Below, in pieces: positions 63,986 to 64,000 of a DNA stretch of 64,000 bases. Location: contig NW_026250433.1 of NCBI RefSeq assembly GCF_024521635.1, positions 310,001 to 374,000 on the forward strand. The letters are read 5' to 3'. The first letter of the stretch is position 1; the number at the start of each line of letters is the position of its first letter. The notes below the pieces were generated by a model, which was not told the DNA's origin, did no database searches, and saw nothing but the letters and a program-made list of their open reading frames with translations. Both the position numbers and the translations under genes were made by a program. Source of the stretch: Tricharina praecox (Eukaryota).

Positions 63986-64000
63986 TCCTCGGCTCTTTAA

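Overview
Gene-dense eukaryotic DNA from a filamentous ascomycete fungus, with short GT-AG introns and CTRAC-type branch sites. About 23 mostly housekeeping protein-coding genes are supported: UBC7 (partial), AIM25 scramblase, ERG7, a ~1450-aa disordered/coiled-coil protein, a PQ-loop transporter, SGT1, URC4, a WD/5-phosphatase, YAR1, a WW protein, NOP10, AP-1 mu, calcineurin A, SPO11, RTT109, a peroxisomal CoA-transferase III, an Mmc1-like protein, SPX-EXS SYG1, glucosylceramide synthase, ICln/LOT5, a single-pass membrane protein, CAF-1 large subunit and two conserved hypotheticals. The best-supported non-obvious signals are: (1) a box C/D snoRNA in the long NOP10 intron, with a perfect 13-nt 18S rRNA guide and a 9-bp terminal stem; (2) a degenerate triplication of the SPO11 3' end and 3' flank; (3) about six copies of an Asf1-binding-like V-N-x-L-x(1-4)-R-K-K/R motif in the Rtt109 tail; (4) a 3.4-kb gene-free interval with a perfect 14-bp hairpin and a 13-bp minisatellite. 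No intact transposon, secondary-metabolite cluster or clearly novel multi-gene system was recognised. Identifications come from remembered family motifs, not database searches, and exon boundaries were read by eye.
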